Of a stretch of DNA of 64,000 nt, positions 58,279 to 64,000 are shown piece after piece. The translations under genes and the position numbers were made by a program. The DNA is from the human T2T-CHM13v2.0 reference genome, Homo sapiens: the NCBI RefSeq assembly GCF_009914755.1, contig NC_060931.1; one strand, 5' to 3'. The notes beneath the pieces were generated by a model. The model saw only the letters and a list, made by a program, of their open reading frames with translations. It was not told the DNA's origin and ran no database searches. Position 1 is the stretch's first letter. Every line of letters starts with the position of its first letter.

Positions 58279-60082
58279 CCATGAGTCCAGGAAGGACATA
58301 CTTTGTCTTAAAGGTTTAGCTAGAATGGTTCAAATCCACAGACTATCAGATCACTCCAGAATTTGAAAAACTGAAACCCATAAAGGTAGTCCTCTTTGCT
58401 TAACCACGAGCCTTATGTATAGTATCTGAGGGATGGCCTCACCAAAGGACTGAATCAGGAGGCAGGAGGCAGCTGGACTCCATGCCCAGCCTCAGGGAGG
58501 CCATTGCTGTGAAGATCAGAGGTATGTGAGGTCCCCCCTCATCCTCTGCCACCTCTTTGCTGTCTGAAACGGGGCTCTGTGTGTCTGACAATAATAGTCA
58601 GGCTTCAGACTTATTAAAACCACTTCAAAAATAGCATTCCTGAGACCTGTAATGCAGCCCTGGCCCTTAGAATTAGGAAGAATTCTTTTAAATGTTTAAC
58701 TTTAAGCTGTTCTTATTTAACATGAGAAAAGGAGGGCTCTGAATCGGAGGTGTTGTTTGATTGATTTGCATTTATTGTCAGGCAAGGCATGCTTGAATGG
58801 TTGGACTAGAGAGTGTTTGAAGTCCCTTCCAGCCATGAATCCCATGTTTCTCATAGGTGGTCTGACAAGTGAGGAATGTGGCCAAAAGCCCACCTATCTT
58901 GACCTGGGAGCAGTTGGGATTCCAGAAGATCCGTGGCAAGGAGAAGGGCCAAGTCAGAAACAAGTAGGCATCAGGGGAATATCTCACCAGGTGGAGCCAC
59001 CATCTATCTTCAGAAATTTGAGTTAAAAAAATGTGACATCCATCCTCGGAGCAGGCAGGATAGAATGTTCTCCAGTTCTTGGATGTGCTGAAGTCCTTGG
59101 AACCAAGGCTAGGATCTAGCTGGACTGGGGCTCATGGCAAGGACTTGGCCAAATGGAATAAGGGAGGGCAAAATGATTGGAACCAAGGAGCCAAGATCAG
59201 ACAGTGTCTCTTAGCCAAGGGGAATTGATATTAGCTATTGACTATAGGCTCTTAAATTTCTCCTGTCTGCTGAGTACAGGATGGAAAGGGTTGGATTTAA
59301 AATTCTGGTCGAGTGCCTTCAGCAGGGAAAAAAAAACATGAAGGTTTCTATTGGTTATTAAGGTTAATTTTGTAGAATGAACTTCAAAAAATAGGGAAAG
59401 AATGATAGAATCTCTGAGAGCATCTGCACGACAGCAAAGCCAGCAGAGTGGCATTCAGGGATAGCTTTTATATCTGTATCTGAAATCATCCTCTGAGAAC
59501 CCTTAAATGTGACTTTTCACACAGATAGCACAATGAAGAAAGTGCTTAGCTGGCCATTCCTGAGAGAGTTATCAGAAATTAATGAAAATGCCAAAGACGT
59601 GCCATCAACTAAATAGGAATGGAGGGCCTCAGATCACACTTGGGCAATTCAGCAGCTGAAGACATGCTCACTGAGGAGTGTTTCTATACCCCTCGTTTTG
59701 CAGAACATAGAGAGTGTTTCAAACAGTATTGCAAGAAATCAGAGAGATGCCTGCTTAGAATGTTAAAGCAAGACAGGCACACTGCTGCCCTGTAGGACTC
59801 TCCACGGTTCCTTTCCTGGTTCCAGCCCTTGCTGTCCCAGTCCCTAATTGGCCAACCTTCCCCCTCCCCACCCCACTCTGCTCCTTTGCTGCTTCTTTTG
59901 GGGTCTTAAGGGAGAATTAAAGAAGAGTTCGTATCTCCACGGGGCATCTGCTGGGTCAGCCACTCGTGAGCTCTGTTTCTCATTGCATTGTTGTTCTCAT
60001 TAGGAAAACATCAGTTTTGGCATTCCTGCTTGGTTGTCATCCTCTTTGTCTTGCTTATTTGGCAAGAGTGCCACTTCACACA

Positions 60083-60114
60083 ATGTGTGAATGTGTGTGT
60101 GCGTGTGTGTGTGT
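60083..60114. repeat. Degenerate (TG)n
   Basis: Direct reading. Confidence 0.85.
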
Positions 60115-60269
60115 TTGCACAGCCTCATACAGGCACTCTCTAGTTTTAGGGCCAAGTGGATAAGGAGGTAGGTAGGGAGATAATTGAAATAGCAGATGGT
60201 CAAATTGTTCTTTTCCCTTCCTTTTGATACATCCATGGGTAAGTCATGAAACAAAATATAGGGCTTTGG

Positions 60270-60705
60270 AGAAGCATGGTTTGCCGGAGAACTGTACCTG
60301 AGGGCTGTGCTTCAGGAGCCATGCCTGAGATGCCTTCCCCACACTCGGACCTGCCTTAGATGATTAGGTTCTTAATTGCGCATTCATGCTGTAATGGGAT
60401 GAGACCTTTGGAGACCTTGGGAGAGAATGACGATATTTTGTATGTGGGATGGATGTGACTCCTCGGGGTCAGAGGCTGGGCTGGGGGAGGCAGCCTCTGA
60501 GAAGGCCTCGAAAGAGCCTCGCCTCCTGGGATGTATACCCTGGTGTAGTTTCCTCTCATGTTGTAACAGTTATGTGCTGTATAACCAAGGGACCGCACAG
60601 AATCCCCATGATTATTCCTGACCCACGAAACTGAGATAACAAGTGTTTGTTTAAAGCCTCCAAAGTTTGGCGTATTTTTAAATGCTGCAATAGAAGATGC
60701 ATCCA
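60270..60705 (+). mobile_element. MLT1 internal 3' end plus deleted MLT1E/F-like LTR
   Basis: atgctgtaatgggatgagacctttggagaccttgggagag...ggggtcagaggctgggc|tgggggaggcagcctctgag...aaagtttggcgtattt...gcaataga. Confidence 0.6.
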
Positions 60706-61257
60706 CTCAGCACGTGGATATCTTCTTGGTCATTAGCCTCCCATCCCTGTTCCAGGCAGGAAGATACAGAAGGGAACAACATGAAAACATGGAGATGCCT
60801 TTCTTAGAAGAGCAGCACATTTCTGCTTCTGTCCACTGAGCAAGAACTATATACATGGCTCTCCCTGGCTGCAGAGAAGGCTGCGAAATGGTTTTGTTTG
60901 TTTGTTTGTTTTGCTGGGAAAATTACTGCCTGGAAGCAAAAAAAAATCAGGGATCCATTAGTAAGAAAGAAGAGGGATGGATATTGGAAAGATGACTATA
61001 CTGTGTTAAAACGGATTTATTTCTGAGTGTGCCACACATTACTGACATTACACAGGTCCCTGTTCTCATCATGGCACATCGAAAATAATGCTTGTGTAGC
61101 ATGCTGGGGTAGAGGGCGAATGACACTTACAACTCAGGTAACTGGTTTGGGGACATGGATTGATGCAGGATCCACCTAGTTTCTCCAAAGGCTTAGCGGA
61201 TCAATATCCCTACAGACCAGTAACCCATCCACAGATGCACTGTTTGGGAAGTGTCAT

Positions 61258-61645
61258 AGGTGAAGTTCCTCAGAGATCAGTATTCAGTTTTATTAAACAG
61301 TGTTTGCAGGGACAATGTTTGTGAAGGGCAAGGGACGTGGGACTGGGCAAATGGAGAAGTTGAGCAGCAATAAAATGGCATCAGATAACTCAGCTGACCC
61401 TATGGGAAATCAGCCCTGCAGACTTGTCCCACCCTAGACAAGGGAGCCAGGTCTTGTTGCCTCCTTTCCCACCACTGACACACCATAGTCATTGGATATG
61501 GGACGGGGTGTGGCTTTGAGTAAGGGACTCTGAGGCTGAGGTTAGTGCCCTGATTAGGAGAACCACCAGCTGCCATCATTCCCAGGAGCAGGAGCAATGA
61601 GTCCCTCAGTCCCAAAGGGGCTACTCTAGGCTTTGTGTTCCACCA
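61258..61645 (-). mobile_element. ERVL solo LTR (LTR16-like)
   Basis: gggactgggcaaatggagaagttgagc...ctcagctgaccctatggg...agtcattggatatggg; similar to 7045-7432. Confidence 0.55.
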
Positions 61646-62365
61646 TCACGGGGAACAGCCACATCCTCCTACAGAATGGCCCTTGGTGGAACAGTAAGAG
61701 CAGAAAACTTGGATCCATGAAAGAAAGGTCTGACCCAGAGTGGCATTTACCGTGTTTTTATACCGTTCATCCACTGCATCTCAGCCAGTGGATGAATCCT
61801 GGGGCCTGGAGGAGAATTCCACCTGTCTTTAGCAGGGCCAGAGCACTGACAAATGTATTTCATGCTACTGTTTATTTGGATTCAGCCACACTCTTCTGCA
61901 GCATGTAATTGTCATGGACATCATGTAGCAAGAGGCTGCTGAGAGACTGAAATGAGCTCCCAATTTGTCTTTAGAAAATTTTCTCCATTATGAGACGAGA
62001 AAGATTAAAGGGCTAATAATACTTTACACCCATATCATCTTTCCTACCAGCAAAGAGTTTCTGTCCACACATTATCTTATTTGAGCCTCAGGAGAGTCCT
62101 GTGAGGTAGTTAGAATAGGAATTAGTATTCATCTTAGGTATGAACAAATTATAACTTTGGAAACTGATGCCTCCACCTTTTTTCATTTCTTGATTCTTTA
62201 AAATTGGTGAAGATTCTTTCCATTGTCTTGGAATTCAAGAAAACTAAAGCATGAAGGCAGGTGAGGAAAAGAATCCCCCTTCCCTGATGCCTGTCTGGTT
62301 TATGACATTCTTCTCCCCTCTCTGAAATTACAGTATAAGAGTTAGGACACAGGAATGAAATCACC

Positions 62366-63019
<654 letters not shown>

Positions 63020-64000
63020 CCACCCAAACCAAAAACATATGGAAACTGTCAACTTCTGGGATTGTATCACTTACTTATAGTAACCCTTACTAGATGCAGG
63101 TCACTGCAGGGGCCGTGCTGTGGGGGTAGAACCAAAGGTAAATAGAAATTATAGTTTTTATGGAGCTAACAATCCAGTGAGGGACATCAGATTGGCAAAG
63201 GTCTAAAAAACATGGAGGAAAAAAAGTAAGGTCGATTTTGCAGGAGTTTAGAGAAGGCACCAATGCAAGGACGCGTTAACAGAAGAGGCAGCATGACAGC
63301 TGGTCCCTGAAGGATGAGGAGCATTTCCTCTAGCAGATGGTGAAACAGCAATGACGACCTCATGGCCTAGCATTAATCCCAAACTTTGTACGTGCCAGGC
63401 ATTGGGCTGAAATGAAGGCGATTGCATTCACCATGTTGCCAATGCATCCAGGTCAATGTTTAGCCCGTTGTACACTCATTACCACCAGTCAGCCAACCGA
63501 ACAGCCCATGCCTGCTGGCTCTTCCATTGGTCTATTTTCTAACCATGTTTTGTGCTCTCGACAGTTTTTGTTGAATTTGATATTACTGGATTAAAAATTA
63601 TATACTTGGCTACAGCTTTCCTTGCAGCAAGAGACTCCTCTGGCTGGTATCTCATGGGGTCTCTGGGAATACTCAAAAGACATTTGAGCAGCAGATGTTC
63701 TCCTATCTGCACCAAGTCAGATGTCCTATTTGCACACAGGTGATATATAAGCTGTGCCCAGGGGAAACAGCAGGCCTTTGAATAAGGTGGGTTTTTTTCA
63801 CAGTTGCCTATTTGTCTTGCTTTTTTGTTCCACCTTTATTTGTGTCCTGGAGGGAATATTCCTAATAGGATTAATAAATGAAAAATGTAAATAATGTGAC
63901 TACTGAAATATAGATTTTCCAGGAATGCAATATATTACTGGCCATCTGTTAAATGGCCACTTCACATGCTGCCAGGAGGAGAGGATTTCACAAATTACGA

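Overview
Primate (human-like) non-coding genomic DNA. I find no credible protein-coding exon, CpG island, rRNA/tRNA gene or CRISPR array, and I cannot name the locus. Most of the window is interspersed repeats: about 20 Alu copies or fragments (J and S families), one 5'-truncated L1PA, older L1M/L2/MIR relics, solo LTRs (MER4A1, MER51A, MSTA, MSTB, THE1, MLT1/2, LTR16, LTR33) and DNA transposons. The DNA transposons are a near-full-length Tigger1 carrying a nested AluSc and a MADE1 hairpin, and a MER1A nested in MER20. Repeat-free AT-rich islands with homeodomain-type motifs look like candidate enhancers. The most unusual structures are DNA-repair-like scars: (i) a 251-bp local duplication (46031-46281 copied to 48496-48746) that interrupts a MIR, with a second 19-bp captured fragment and locally templated junctions; (ii) about 120 bp of non-Alu DNA captured inside an Alu behind a fold-back palindrome; (iii) several smaller micro-inversions and iterated copies. 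The MADE1 is a miR-548-like hairpin with a mirror-image substitution in both arms. I see no evidence for a wholly new biological system. Family names come from recalled consensus sequences, not a database search, and the boundaries of ancient repeats are approximate.
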